This document shows, piece after piece, positions 17,326 through 27,060 of a DNA stretch of 48,922 bases. Numbering within the stretch: position 1 is the stretch's first letter; every line of letters starts with the position of its first letter. A model generated the notes under the pieces. It ran no database searches and had not been told where the DNA came from. It saw nothing but the letters and a program-made list of their open reading frames with translations. Source of the DNA: an uncultured Clostridia bacterium (GTDB lineage: Bacteria; Bacillota; Clostridia; HGM11514); contig CABSMD010000001.1 of the NCBI GenBank assembly GCA_902478725.1, positions 1-48,922 of the forward strand, in the 5' to 3' direction. A program made the translations under genes and the position numbers.

Positions 17326-20300
17326 CTATTTGTCCAGCAGCCGCCTGAGCAGGCTCGCCGCCTGTGCGCGGGTCGCGTTTTCTTTGGGAGCGAAGGTGTC
17401 CGCCGTCAGGCCGGAGATCAATCCCACGCTCACAGCCTGGTCTACATAATCCGCCGCCCATTCTGCGATCTCGCCCCGGTCGGCAAACCGGTCAAGCTGG
17501 CCCCGGACGGTTTCTTTTTTCTGGAACAGAAGGGCTTTTACAACCACCACCGCCATTTCTTCCCGGGTAATCAAATCCTCCGGCCGGAAATAACCGCCGT
17601 AACCCTGGAGCAGCCCCGCGCTGGCGGCGGCATTGACGGGCTGTTCATACCAGGCGCCGGACGCCACGTCGGAAAAACCTGCCGGTGAATTGCCGGTCAG
17701 GTGCAGCGCCCGGGCAATCAGGGCGGCGAATTCCGCGCGGGTAATGGGCCGGTCGGGTTCAAAGGTCGTTTCGGTCACGCCGGACACGATTCCCCTCTCC
17801 GCCATCTCATTCACGTCCGCCTCCGCCCAATGGCCGGCCATATCGGCAAAGCGGGAGGCCGGTGCATTGCTTTGCGGTTTATTATTATTTGTGTTATCAA
17901 CGCCGCTGTTACCGCCGCCTATGATACTGCCGGATCCACCGCCCGGGGCAGGTCTGGCTGTTACTGTAGGCGCGGGACCGGGGTTCGGGGAAACCGTCGA
18001 AGCCGTCTTATTTACGCTGGAGGCAAAGGTCCGTATCGCCTTTTCAAGCGCCTTCACCGCCTGGTCGACCTCCTCCTGGCTGTTTGCCTCTTCGATTGCT
18101 TTCACTGCCTTTTCGATCGCTTTGTTCAGAGCGTTTACCGCCGACTGGGGATAGGTTCCTTCCGCCGTGCCGATCACCGCTTCGCTGACCTGTTTTCGGG
18201 CGTCTTCCAGCACCTGTTCGGCCAAAGCTATATCAAAGGGAACCCGGACTGTGCCCGACCATGTTTCCTCGCCGGTTCGCCCGTTTTCATCGACGGGAAT
18301 GACGGAATAAACAAGCTCCTTTCCAACCAGCACCGGGGTGACCGAAAGCCTTGCACCACTCTGTCCGACGGCGGTTTTCCCGCCGTTACCGTCTATGGTA
18401 TACCATTGGATGACGCTGTTGCCCTGTCTGTCGCCGTCGGCGTCTACAAAATCATATTTGGCCGTGAGGAGGCCGCCCTCCTTGTTTTCGCCTTCCATCA
18501 CCGCATGGCTTACAGAGGGCGCATACCCGCCGGGGATTTTTGTAATACCCGAAGATTCATACGCATGGATTCCGATCCGGCTTGTATCGATGTTTTTAAA
18601 ATCCGGCGCCTTCTCTCTGACCGCCGCCAATCCCTCCTGCGTCAGCGCAAAATCCTCTCCGTACGCCACAAACATGGAATGTCCGGAAGGGAGGATATCC
18701 GTTGTCGCAAGATAGGAGTTGGTCTCGGTGCCTGCGGAATCCGGATAAAGGCCATGGCCGGAATTTGCCGATTTTATGATGACATTATCGGTCATGCTGT
18801 TTGTTGCGGGGTCATAATTCGCCTGGGCAATCTCTACAAGCTTGGCATAATCGCCGGCGTTGTTGGGGTCGAGGTCTTTTATTTCTTCATACTGCGCCAG
18901 GTCTATGGAATTAATATAGTCCTCCCACTGGGTACCCGCATACTGTTTTTTATGCGCCTGTGTCAGCAGCTGCCCCTTGCCGACATAGTATTTCCACCAG
19001 TTGTATGCCGCGGATGGCTCTTTATCCCGCAGCGCAAGCCACCAACGCACGCCCCAATCCTGAAATTGGACGGCGTAAGGGTTTTCAACAAAGATATTGT
19101 TTTTGACAAGGCCATACTGGCCGCCATAGGTTTTGATGGCAAAGTTCTTTTGATCGCCCGTACCTTTGGAGTATGTTCCCTGGTAAAAAATATTCCCCTC
19201 GATTTTAGGCCCGATAGAACCGTCATCCCAGAAAATGGATTGCTGCCAGCCGTTTGCAAACGAGGTCCCGATATGATGGAAATAATTATTCGTTATTTCA
19301 TAGCCGATGCTCGTCGGGGTTCTGCCCCAATAGATCGCCGCCATATCTCCCGCCCAGGTTACGCCGTGATGGATCTCATTGTTGGCTATTGTATGATTCT
19401 TGCCGTTTAAGCGGATCAGCGCGTGCGCGCCGTTGCATATTTCGTTGTTTTGCAGGGTTATGCCGCAGCCGGACACGATAATGGCCGACGCGTACGCCTT
19501 GCGTAAGGTGTAGGTCGAATCGAACAGGTTATTTTCCACCACCGTCCCGCTGGGTTCCAGGGTGTTGGGATCCCCGCCGCTTACCGTCATTCCGCCCGCG
19601 GCCCCGTTGTAAACAAAGCTGTTGCGGAATAGGTTGTTTGAACCGTCCAGTGTATTCCGTTTGGTAAAGGATTTGAAATTACAGCCGTCGAAGGTAAAGT
19701 TGTCCGCCGATACGTCAAATACGCGCTCCCGCACATATTCAAAATCCATATCCTTGATTGTTATGTTTTTCGCGCCGTTTACCGTCAAAAACGCTTTTTG
19801 CGATACGGGAACGATGATCTCGGCGTTCTCCATATCAGCGAAGGGGTAGAAGTACACTATTTTATTCGCACGGTCTATGTAGCTTTCGCCGGGCAGGTCT
19901 ATTTCCTCAATCAGATTTTTGAAGTAGAAGCTTGTACCCGCCACAGGAAGGTAGGCCGCATGCCTGTTTTTGAATGTAACCTGATGCGCGGCCGCATCAA
20001 GCTGGCCGACCCGGTATTCGGAATAGGTCCAATGATACTGCGGATGGCCTTCGTAAAACAGCCCGTCAAGCGCCTTTTCAGACCATTTGGAAAGGCGGTT
20101 CGCCGAATCCGCAAAGGTGAACGAAGAGATACCCTCGGGATTGGAATCCGCCTTGGTTATCACCAGTTCTTTCTCACCCTCGTTGGGCCAGCGCGCCGGC
20201 GTCAGTGCGGTTCCGTTGACAAAAACCTGAACCTGCGACGCAAACAGGCCGTCGGCTGTCTGGTCGGCTTCATTCGTATGGCTATATTCAGCAGACTCGG

Positions 20301-21870
20301 GTATTTCTTCATAAATTTCCGACAGGTCAAGCTGCATCAGCTGTTCGGCGGCGGATTTGTCGATCACCCTGCTCAGAATGTTCTCGTCGGTCACCTTGGA
20401 AAGCTTATCGGCCCGCACTCCGCCGGTAAATACAGCCCTTTCGCCGGGATAGGAGGCATAGGTGATCGAACAATCAGCCGCCGCGGAATCGGCGCCCTCC
20501 AGCACAAACGTCTCGTCACGATAGTATTCTCCGCCTCTGAAATAGACAATGACATTTTTATTAAGCCCATTCGCTTTCAAGGCCCGGATGGCGTCCCTTG
20601 CCTGCTCCGGCTGGGCAAACGGGTCGCTGAAGGAGCCTGCCGCGTCCGGTTTTCCGTTGGGCGCGACATAAAATATGACCTCCCCGTCCTGGATTTTCAA
20701 CGGGTCGGAGGTTTTTGGTTCTCCCGCAACGCCGTCCGCATCCTTCGGCAGGACGGTCACCCGGACAAAGCCGGTAAGCCCCGCCGGGGCAAAGACAGGC
20801 GACGTTCCTTTGGAAACCGTTGTCCAGCCGTCCGTCCCGTTTTCTGAAACCTGCCACTCAAACACAGTTTCCCCTTCGGCCTTTCCGTCCTCGGGTTTTA
20901 CATACTCATAAGCAGCCGTTATTTCCCCGTTGCTTTGTTGCAGGGAAACCCCGTCCACGGACGGGGGCGTGCGCAACGGCAGAATTTGTTTGCCTTCCGA
21001 TACGATTACGCCGGAGGGTTCGGCGCTCCCCGCCCGAAACCATTTTACGGTGACCCTGATACAGTTTCCGGCTGACCCGGCGGGAACCACGCAGGAGGCC
21101 TGGGAGTCCGCCAAATCCGTCCACGTCTGGTTATCCTCTGAGATCTGCCACAGATATTCGGTTTTTTCCACTACGCCGTCCACATCCGTATAATCGCAAA
21201 CGGCGGAAACACTGGAGGATTCCATGGGGGCACTGTCAATGGAAACAGATCTGAATTCCGGTTCCTTCTCAGGCCGGATCAGCTCAATCTTGAGATAATC
21301 GATCGAGAACGCATTGCCGGCTCCCGCTAACAAGAGAAAAAGCTTTTCCGCTGGGATGGTGATGGAATCGATGGACGCACCCGCTTTGTCTTTTAGGCCA
21401 TACACCGAAAATTCATAGGAAACGTCGGTCCAATCCTCAGAACCGTTCTTCGCGCTGCCTCTGTATTCAGGAGAATTGTCATAGATTTTTGATGTGAACT
21501 CTCCGTTTTCGGCAAGCTGCCATTGCCCGGCCGCGTATACCTCAAGCCCCAGGAAATAGGACGCATCTCCCGCCATTTTTGTCCGGTAGCTGACCCGGTA
21601 TGTTGCATTTTGGGACAGCTTTACATCCCCTCCCGTATAGGCTATCCGCGCGGACTGGCTATAGCCGGATACCGTCAATGCCCCGTCCTCCACGGCCATG
21701 GCTGCCGCTTCGTTTTTGTTGTCGGTTAACTTCCAGTTTGCCAGGGACGCACTGGTAGTAAAGGTATCTTCGAATACCGTTTCAGAAACGGTATCGGCTT
21801 TGATTTGCGGCGTTTGGGTAAAGCAGGTCAGCAAAACCGCCGCCGCAAGCAATAAGCTTATTTTTTTCAT
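17326..21870 (-). CDS. Giant S-layer-anchored secreted protein of 1514 aa. Domains: signal peptide, CBM-like jelly-roll, Ig-like repeats, right-handed beta-helix core, FIVAR-like helical module, three SLH domains
   Basis: Signal peptide MKKISLLLAAAVLLTC. Repeated NN-x-I/F beta-helix turns (about aa 640-900). C-terminal 175 aa (17329-17853) contain three SLH repeats (FADMAGHWAE..., FSDVASGAWY..., FADRGEIAEW...). Confidence 0.85.
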   Translation of the reverse strand: MKKISLLLAAAVLLTCFTQTPQIKADTVSETVFEDTFTTSASLANWKLTDNKNEAAAMAVEDGALTVSGYSQSARIAYTGGDVKLSQNATYRVSYRTKMAGDASYFLGLEVYAAGQWQLAENGEFTSKIYDNSPEYRGSAKNGSEDWTDVSYEFSVYGLKDKAGASIDSITIPAEKLFLLLAGAGNAFSIDYLKIELIRPEKEPEFRSVSIDSAPMESSSVSAVCDYTDVDGVVEKTEYLWQISEDNQTWTDLADSQASCVVPAGSAGNCIRVTVKWFRAGSAEPSGVIVSEGKQILPLRTPPSVDGVSLQQSNGEITAAYEYVKPEDGKAEGETVFEWQVSENGTDGWTTVSKGTSPVFAPAGLTGFVRVTVLPKDADGVAGEPKTSDPLKIQDGEVIFYVAPNGKPDAAGSFSDPFAQPEQARDAIRALKANGLNKNVIVYFRGGEYYRDETFVLEGADSAAADCSITYASYPGERAVFTGGVRADKLSKVTDENILSRVIDKSAAEQLMQLDLSEIYEEIPESAEYSHTNEADQTADGLFASQVQVFVNGTALTPARWPNEGEKELVITKADSNPEGISSFTFADSANRLSKWSEKALDGLFYEGHPQYHWTYSEYRVGQLDAAAHQVTFKNRHAAYLPVAGTSFYFKNLIEEIDLPGESYIDRANKIVYFYPFADMENAEIIVPVSQKAFLTVNGAKNITIKDMDFEYVRERVFDVSADNFTFDGCNFKSFTKRNTLDGSNNLFRNSFVYNGAAGGMTVSGGDPNTLEPSGTVVENNLFDSTYTLRKAYASAIIVSGCGITLQNNEICNGAHALIRLNGKNHTIANNEIHHGVTWAGDMAAIYWGRTPTSIGYEITNNYFHHIGTSFANGWQQSIFWDDGSIGPKIEGNIFYQGTYSKGTGDQKNFAIKTYGGQYGLVKNNIFVENPYAVQFQDWGVRWWLALRDKEPSAAYNWWKYYVGKGQLLTQAHKKQYAGTQWEDYINSIDLAQYEEIKDLDPNNAGDYAKLVEIAQANYDPATNSMTDNVIIKSANSGHGLYPDSAGTETNSYLATTDILPSGHSMFVAYGEDFALTQEGLAAVREKAPDFKNIDTSRIGIHAYESSGITKIPGGYAPSVSHAVMEGENKEGGLLTAKYDFVDADGDRQGNSVIQWYTIDGNGGKTAVGQSGARLSVTPVLVGKELVYSVIPVDENGRTGEETWSGTVRVPFDIALAEQVLEDARKQVSEAVIGTAEGTYPQSAVNALNKAIEKAVKAIEEANSQEEVDQAVKALEKAIRTFASSVNKTASTVSPNPGPAPTVTARPAPGGGSGSIIGGGNSGVDNTNNNKPQSNAPASRFADMAGHWAEADVNEMAERGIVSGVTETTFEPDRPITRAEFAALIARALHLTGNSPAGFSDVASGAWYEQPVNAAASAGLLQGYGGYFRPEDLITREEMAVVVVKALLFQKKETVRGQLDRFADRGEIAEWAADYVDQAVSVGLISGLTADTFAPKENATRAQAASLLRRLLDK
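21412..21560. repeat. Nucleotide-level duplicate of the CBM-like module (copy in the giant gene)
   Basis: About 150 bp are highly similar to 22576-22725, including a near-perfect core of about 55 bp (ttcataggaaacgtcggtccaatcctcagaaccgtt...). Confidence 0.6.
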
Positions 21871-21882
21871 CCCTCTTCCTCC

Positions 21883-23535
21883 TTACGATATGACAACCGT
21901 TTTCCACTCTCCGGTCACCATTTCACCGTTGATCACCGCATATACCCTTGCCTCATAGGTGCCGGGCTGGATCCCGCGGCCGTAGGCCCGGATGCCGAAC
22001 AGGTTATTCGTTTCCGAAATCTCGGTCACTCCTTTTAAACGAATAATCTCTGCACCGCCCGCTTTTTTCAGCTCGACCCCAAACTCGGAAACAGTGTTTC
22101 CCTGCGCTGAAACCGCAGAAAAGACAAGAATACTGTTTTCGTTGTTATACTGATCCGTCAGAATCTTTCTTTCTGTAACAGACGGGGCCGGCGCCGCCTC
22201 AAATACCGCAATAATTGTGCTGTCCGTATCAAACGCCAGGTCGATACGGTCTAATCCCGGGTATTCCACCGTTTCTCCAGCCTTGTTTGTCACAGTAAAT
22301 TTGCTGAAGAGACAGCCCGGCTTCGCCTCGGCCGACACCGTTGCTTTGGCCGCCGTCACCCGGCCGCCGTTTGCCACCGAAGCGCCGTCTATAGACACCG
22401 TTCCCATTGAGCTGTCATAGGAGACGCCGACATTTTCGATGATCTCCTCGATTTTGAGATTGTCTATATAAAAGGTCGTATCGGCATACGGCAGATTGAA
22501 AAACAGCAAATTTGCAGGAACAGTAATGGAATCGATGGCCTCTCCGGCTGTGTTTTGTAACTCATACATCGTAATTTCATAGGAAACGTCGGTCCAATCC
22601 TCAGAACCGTTTTTCGCGCTGCCTCTGTAGCCGGTGGAATTGTCATAGATTTTTGATGTGAACTCTTCGTTTTCGCCAAGCCGCCACTGCCCGGCTGCAT
22701 GTACCTCCAGCCCCATAAAATAGGCCTTGTCTGAGATCATTTTTGTTCTGTAGGATACGCGGTATTTCGTGTTGCTTCCAAATTTCAGGTTCCTGCCCTT
22801 GTACGCAAACCGGCCCGAACCAACATACTTCAGCGCCCCGTCTTCCGCCGTGAGTTCGCCGCCGGTCGCGCTCCAATTTGCTAACGACGCCTCATCAAAG
22901 TGATCCTCAAAAACCGTGTTTACCAACGAATTGCCTTGCCGGGCAAACGGTATTTTTTCGATCTTAAAATTCTTTATGTAATAGTCGGTCGCTGTATTCA
23001 GCTGGAAAAAAAGTTTATTGGCCGGAATGGTAATGGAATCGATCGAAGCTCCGGCATCATTTTTGATGTCATAGACGGTAAAATCATACGAAATGCCGAC
23101 CCAGCCGCTGGTTCCGTTCGACCCGCCTCCCCGGTAGGTATTGTCATAAATCCCTGAGGAACCGGAGCCGTTCGGCGAAAGCTGCCAGCTTGCCTTTGTA
23201 CCGCCGGTATTCAGCTCAATCCCCAGAAAATAACTGCCCGCCGCAGGCGACATGGTTTCATAGGAAACGCGGTACCTTGCTTTTTTAGAGAATACGATAT
23301 CGCCGCCGGTATAGCTGACCCTCTTCGGGCCGGAAATGCCGCCCGCTGAAAACTTAACCGCGCCCTGCGCGGCGTCAAAGCTTGCGGTGACGCCGTCCTC
23401 ACAGACCCAGCCGGTCAGGGAACCGTCCGCATGAAAGGCTTCGAACACGACGGTTTCGTCCGCGGCGGATACGCTCCCACACACGCATGTTAACAGGAAA
23501 ACGAAGATGGAAAGTAACAGAATAGACTTTTTCAT
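21883..23535 (-). CDS. Secreted protein with two CBM-like jelly-roll modules plus C-terminal Ig-like domains
   Basis: Signal peptide MKKSILLLSIFVFLL...SVSA. The ATG at 23535 is preferred over the GTG at 23547. Two internal copies of the module are also found at the giant protein's N-terminus. Confidence 0.7.
   Translation of the reverse strand: MKKSILLLSIFVFLLTCVCGSVSAADETVVFEAFHADGSLTGWVCEDGVTASFDAAQGAVKFSAGGISGPKRVSYTGGDIVFSKKARYRVSYETMSPAAGSYFLGIELNTGGTKASWQLSPNGSGSSGIYDNTYRGGGSNGTSGWVGISYDFTVYDIKNDAGASIDSITIPANKLFFQLNTATDYYIKNFKIEKIPFARQGNSLVNTVFEDHFDEASLANWSATGGELTAEDGALKYVGSGRFAYKGRNLKFGSNTKYRVSYRTKMISDKAYFMGLEVHAAGQWRLGENEEFTSKIYDNSTGYRGSAKNGSEDWTDVSYEITMYELQNTAGEAIDSITVPANLLFFNLPYADTTFYIDNLKIEEIIENVGVSYDSSMGTVSIDGASVANGGRVTAAKATVSAEAKPGCLFSKFTVTNKAGETVEYPGLDRIDLAFDTDSTIIAVFEAAPAPSVTERKILTDQYNNENSILVFSAVSAQGNTVSEFGVELKKAGGAEIIRLKGVTEISETNNLFGIRAYGRGIQPGTYEARVYAVINGEMVTGEWKTVVIS
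22576..22725. repeat. Nucleotide-level duplicate of the CBM-like module (copy in the 550-aa gene)
   Basis: Partner of 21412-21560. Confidence 0.6.
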
Positions 23536-23555
23536 CACAAAAAACACTCCTTTTT

Positions 23556-24773
23556 TTATGCCCGGCAGACCGTCTCCAGGCTCTCTTTCATAGCGTCCAG
23601 CTGCGGATTTTCCGCAAAATGCTTGAGCATGACGATCGATTCGGTTTCTGACGTGTTGGTTATGGAAATCCCGTCCCGCGCCGCGCGTTCTGTAACGAAA
23701 AATTCATCGTTTGTAAGCGTGCCGTACCGGATGAGTGTGGGCGTTTCGATCTCCCATACGCCAAACCGTCCCCGTCCTTGCAAAAGGATAAAGCCATACG
23801 CCGCCGCGTCTTTTACCGTCACGGTTTTGCCGGGGTAGACGGTAAGCCGCTTTGCGCTTACCGTTTTGCACTTGTAACAGATCCACTCCTCGGTATGGCG
23901 GTCGTCGGAGGTGATCACAACGGGCTTCATGAATCTGTTTTTGCTGAAATTCGGGTCGACGTTTTTCTCCCAGTCGATCACATCCACCAGATAATCATAG
24001 TTCCCCTTTTCTTCGTCGGGACAGTTTTTCCACAAAAGATCCTCCGACACGCAATGGCCTCCGTGAAGCACTGACTGATACATGGCATACACATCGCTTG
24101 CAAACTGCGGTTCATAGGTACAGAGGCTCGCGGGGGCATGGAGCACGCCGGGAGGCACGTCCCAGCCGGTGTCGAGCGTGATTTGATAGCTCTGGGACAG
24201 GTCAAGCAGCCGGTTGTCCCCCTTGGTAAAGTCCATCAGGCATTGCTTTACCTGCGCTTTTGTGGTTTCGGGGCGGAGCCCGAAAAAGGTGCAGCCAAAC
24301 TCCCCCTCATGGTTATTGCACTGGGACGGAAAGAAATACATCTCCGGCTTTCCCGCCTCGCCGACCCGCGCGGCATGCTCGTCACGGTGATGGATATGGT
24401 GCGGCAATGGCCCAAGGTTGTCGAAAAATTTGGAAAACATAGGCCACTTTTTATACTTGCCCCAAAGCGCTTCGCCGATGATTTCCCCCTTCCGCTCGTC
24501 TACCGCGTCGCGCAGCAGCAGCCGTTCCTCGCCGCTTTTGGACACGATATAGCTCAACCCCTCATCCGCCGGTGTTTTAGGGCCGTTGTCGGCGGGCGTT
24601 GTAGAGGCAAACCACCTTTCGTCTATGCCGCCCCTTTCCTGGCCCAATACATAATAATCGTCGGGATGGAGCTTTAGCCTTTTGGCCGGCCGGCAAAAGG
24701 CCCGGGGTACCCAGGTGGGGGCCAGGCGGAAAACCCCCCTGCCTTCCTCCAGCAATTTTTTTGCAATGGACAT
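23556..24773 (-). CDS. Cupin-fold sugar isomerase-like protein (class I phosphomannose isomerase-like)
   Basis: 405 aa with no signal peptide. A His-rich motif LPHHIHHRDEH and a later GVLHAP motif resemble PMI-type metal sites. The assignment is from memory only. Confidence 0.4.
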   Translation of the reverse strand: MSIAKKLLEEGRGVFRLAPTWVPRAFCRPAKRLKLHPDDYYVLGQERGGIDERWFASTTPADNGPKTPADEGLSYIVSKSGEERLLLRDAVDERKGEIIGEALWGKYKKWPMFSKFFDNLGPLPHHIHHRDEHAARVGEAGKPEMYFFPSQCNNHEGEFGCTFFGLRPETTKAQVKQCLMDFTKGDNRLLDLSQSYQITLDTGWDVPPGVLHAPASLCTYEPQFASDVYAMYQSVLHGGHCVSEDLLWKNCPDEEKGNYDYLVDVIDWEKNVDPNFSKNRFMKPVVITSDDRHTEEWICYKCKTVSAKRLTVYPGKTVTVKDAAAYGFILLQGRGRFGVWEIETPTLIRYGTLTNDEFFVTERAARDGISITNTSETESIVMLKHFAENPQLDAMKESLETVCRA

Positions 24774-24787
24774 TTTGATTCCCCCTT

Positions 24788-26827
24788 TCAGAATTTGATT
24801 CTATACATTTGAAAAATTTCAAGGTGTTCGGATTGAAACGTGACGGTATTGTTTTCATAGGTAAAAGCAACCGTTTTATCCCTGGTTAGAAGTTCAATAT
24901 ACAAAGGCTTTTGCTCCGTCTTGATACGGATCGTAAAATTCTCCACTTTTCGTGCCTGATCGTCCTCTGTCAGCAATACCGTACTGCAAAGATAGTCCTT
25001 TCCGTCGCGGAAGGTTATGATCTCTACATCCTTCGGCGCGTCGGAGCAAACGCTGCTTTCATAGCCGAGAACGTCGGTAAGCAGATGGACAAAAATATTC
25101 CTGTACTCATAAAAGCCGCTGTCCTCAACGGGAAGCGCCGACCAGAGCACCTTGCCTTTGCCATAGTCGCGGCAAAGCATGGCGGGCAGTCCGGTTTTTA
25201 CCCCAGGCGGGTTGGAATGAATGGATGCGAATTTTATAGTATCCTGCCGCGTATACGGAAGGGTTATGGTTGCGAGTACAGCATCCTCATCCGCCGGCGC
25301 AACGATCGGAGCGGACGCATCAAAATGCATGGGATAGCTGCTGTTAAAATAGCTAAAACTTCCTTCATATTCCTCTCGCGGGGCAAGGTACACCACCCTT
25401 TCCGGGGTAGTCCCGCCGACGGACGCCCCGAAAAAGGCTTTTAGAAGGCCGCGGCAGTTCCCGCCGCTTAGGTACAGCTTTCCGCCCTCTTGCACATACC
25501 GGATGATCCTGTCATAATCGTCCTGATCCACATCGGTCAGATATGGCGCAACGATCAGCTTGTAGGAATCAAGCGGGTGAAATGTCCCGGTTACACCGCA
25601 GGGGATATGATGCTGGATCATGGTTTTGACCACATTGACGGCGCTTTTGTGATTTGTATACGGTTCGCCCTGGGGGTTGAACTTACTTTTTAAGCTGTAA
25701 TAAACGCCTACCTCTTCCAGCATATCGCCTGATAAGTATGGCTCATAAGGAATTTCTTTTTCAAATACCCGGCCAAGCGTATCGTATACCCGGCTGTCCA
25801 TTGTACCAACGGGGTCGATGGCATCGATCACCAGGGTCGCTCCATGGTGCGCGCAGGTTAGAAAGACGGCGCTTGCCAGCTCGTCCTCAGACTTTGTTAC
25901 CGTATGGTACGAAAGCGACGGCGTACACCGGGAAAGCATATACTCAAAAGGCGGATGCTTTGTCGCGTTTTTATACAGCTTACAGACAAAGGACTGCGCG
26001 TATATGCCGCCGTAAAGATCCCCGCCGGCATAGTCGGACTGGTTTAAAACCTCCTCCGCAAGCGCTTTGGTAGCGTCGGGAAGCGCGGCATACGCGGCAT
26101 TGTGATACACGCTTGCCCGGGGCGTATATTTTTTGACTTCCTCCGCCGCAAAGCCAGCAAACTCGCCCATCCATTCACGGCGTTTTTTCATATGAAGAAG
26201 CCAGGCCGGGTCGTTCCAGTCTTCTATGGTTGGAAGCTCTCCGCCCACCTCCTCCCTCCACCGCTTTTTGCAGCTCTCGCAATAGCAGGTATGCGGCCAG
26301 AACAACATATCAAAAAACATGCCGTCAAAGGTAAAATACTCACAGATCTCTTTGATCTGCCGCGCTGTAAACCGCCGGTATTCCATGTTATTGGGGCAGC
26401 AAAGGCCGTATCTATGGACAGCCTCTCCCTCGGCGCACGCAAGCGTCGTTTTCTTATTTGCTTCTAAAAGAGATATGCCATCCTGGGTCACCATCCGCCA
26501 CTGCGGATGGGTATCATGCGCCCAGTTGTTATAAATCAGGCTATAGTAGCCTGTTACGTAGATGCCGTTCTCCCTGCACAGGCCGCATAGCTTTTTGACA
26601 GCGTCCTCCCTTCCCAAAAACGCCCGGTGGAGCTTGCCGGCCGCTGTCGGATAATGGCACAGCCCGACATGGGATTGAAAATATATCATAGCATTTTGAA
26701 TCTTTGCCGCTTGTAGATTTTGCAGATAGTTTTCCGGTGAAAACGCAGACAGGAACTCTTCGTTCCAATCGTCTATATGCATATCACACAGATGACGCCG
26801 GAACACATTTTTGTACCACAATACCAA
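24788..26827 (-). CDS. Putative cytoplasmic glycoside hydrolase (GHL6-like TIM barrel plus a beta-galactosidase-trimerisation-like domain)
   Basis: 679 aa with no signal peptide. The N-terminal FRRHLCDMHIDDW...YFQSHVGLCHYPT pattern resembles my recollection of the GHL6 family. Confidence 0.5.
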   Translation of the reverse strand: MVLWYKNVFRRHLCDMHIDDWNEEFLSAFSPENYLQNLQAAKIQNAMIYFQSHVGLCHYPTAAGKLHRAFLGREDAVKKLCGLCRENGIYVTGYYSLIYNNWAHDTHPQWRMVTQDGISLLEANKKTTLACAEGEAVHRYGLCCPNNMEYRRFTARQIKEICEYFTFDGMFFDMLFWPHTCYCESCKKRWREEVGGELPTIEDWNDPAWLLHMKKRREWMGEFAGFAAEEVKKYTPRASVYHNAAYAALPDATKALAEEVLNQSDYAGGDLYGGIYAQSFVCKLYKNATKHPPFEYMLSRCTPSLSYHTVTKSEDELASAVFLTCAHHGATLVIDAIDPVGTMDSRVYDTLGRVFEKEIPYEPYLSGDMLEEVGVYYSLKSKFNPQGEPYTNHKSAVNVVKTMIQHHIPCGVTGTFHPLDSYKLIVAPYLTDVDQDDYDRIIRYVQEGGKLYLSGGNCRGLLKAFFGASVGGTTPERVVYLAPREEYEGSFSYFNSSYPMHFDASAPIVAPADEDAVLATITLPYTRQDTIKFASIHSNPPGVKTGLPAMLCRDYGKGKVLWSALPVEDSGFYEYRNIFVHLLTDVLGYESSVCSDAPKDVEIITFRDGKDYLCSTVLLTEDDQARKVENFTIRIKTEQKPLYIELLTRDKTVAFTYENNTVTFQSEHLEIFQMYRIKF

Positions 26828-26972
26828 AAACCCCCATTAATGTCCGATTTGATTTATCTAAGATGCTTTGATAGTACCAAAAAAACAGATAGAATGAAAT
26901 AGACAATCGTATTTAAAAATAGCATTTTCGGTTTCTATTTATGAACTTTCAGATTGGATTGCGATATCCCTA

Positions 26973-27001
26973 TTGTTTTTCGGACAAAAACAATTTATAA
27001 T
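26973..27001 (+). promoter_or_regulatory. Inverted repeat abutting a TATAAT box upstream of the PocR/AraC gene
   Basis: TTGTTTTT-cggac-AAAAACAA (26973-26993), followed by TATAAT at 26996-27001. Confidence 0.35.
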
Positions 27002-27060
27002 GAAAATTGACAGGTATGTCAGCATTTTGGGTTACTATTTCCTATTGGAGTGATTCGGTT

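Noticed and set aside
14432-17449. Two track ORFs (14432.. and 17248..) that both begin MQTHSEK, suggesting a shared peptide
   Set aside because: The shared N-terminus is a by-product of the duplicated 49-bp promoter module read on the plus strand. The true queG start is at 14513, and the second ORF is antisense and intergenic.
17701-19410. 569-aa plus-strand ORF, and a similar 349-aa ORF at 19798-20847, opposite the giant SLH gene
   Set aside because: They lie antisense to a gene with clear domain content. They are Arg/Gly/Pro-rich and low-complexity, as expected from the reverse frame of GC-rich coding DNA. I saw no RBS or recognisable motifs.
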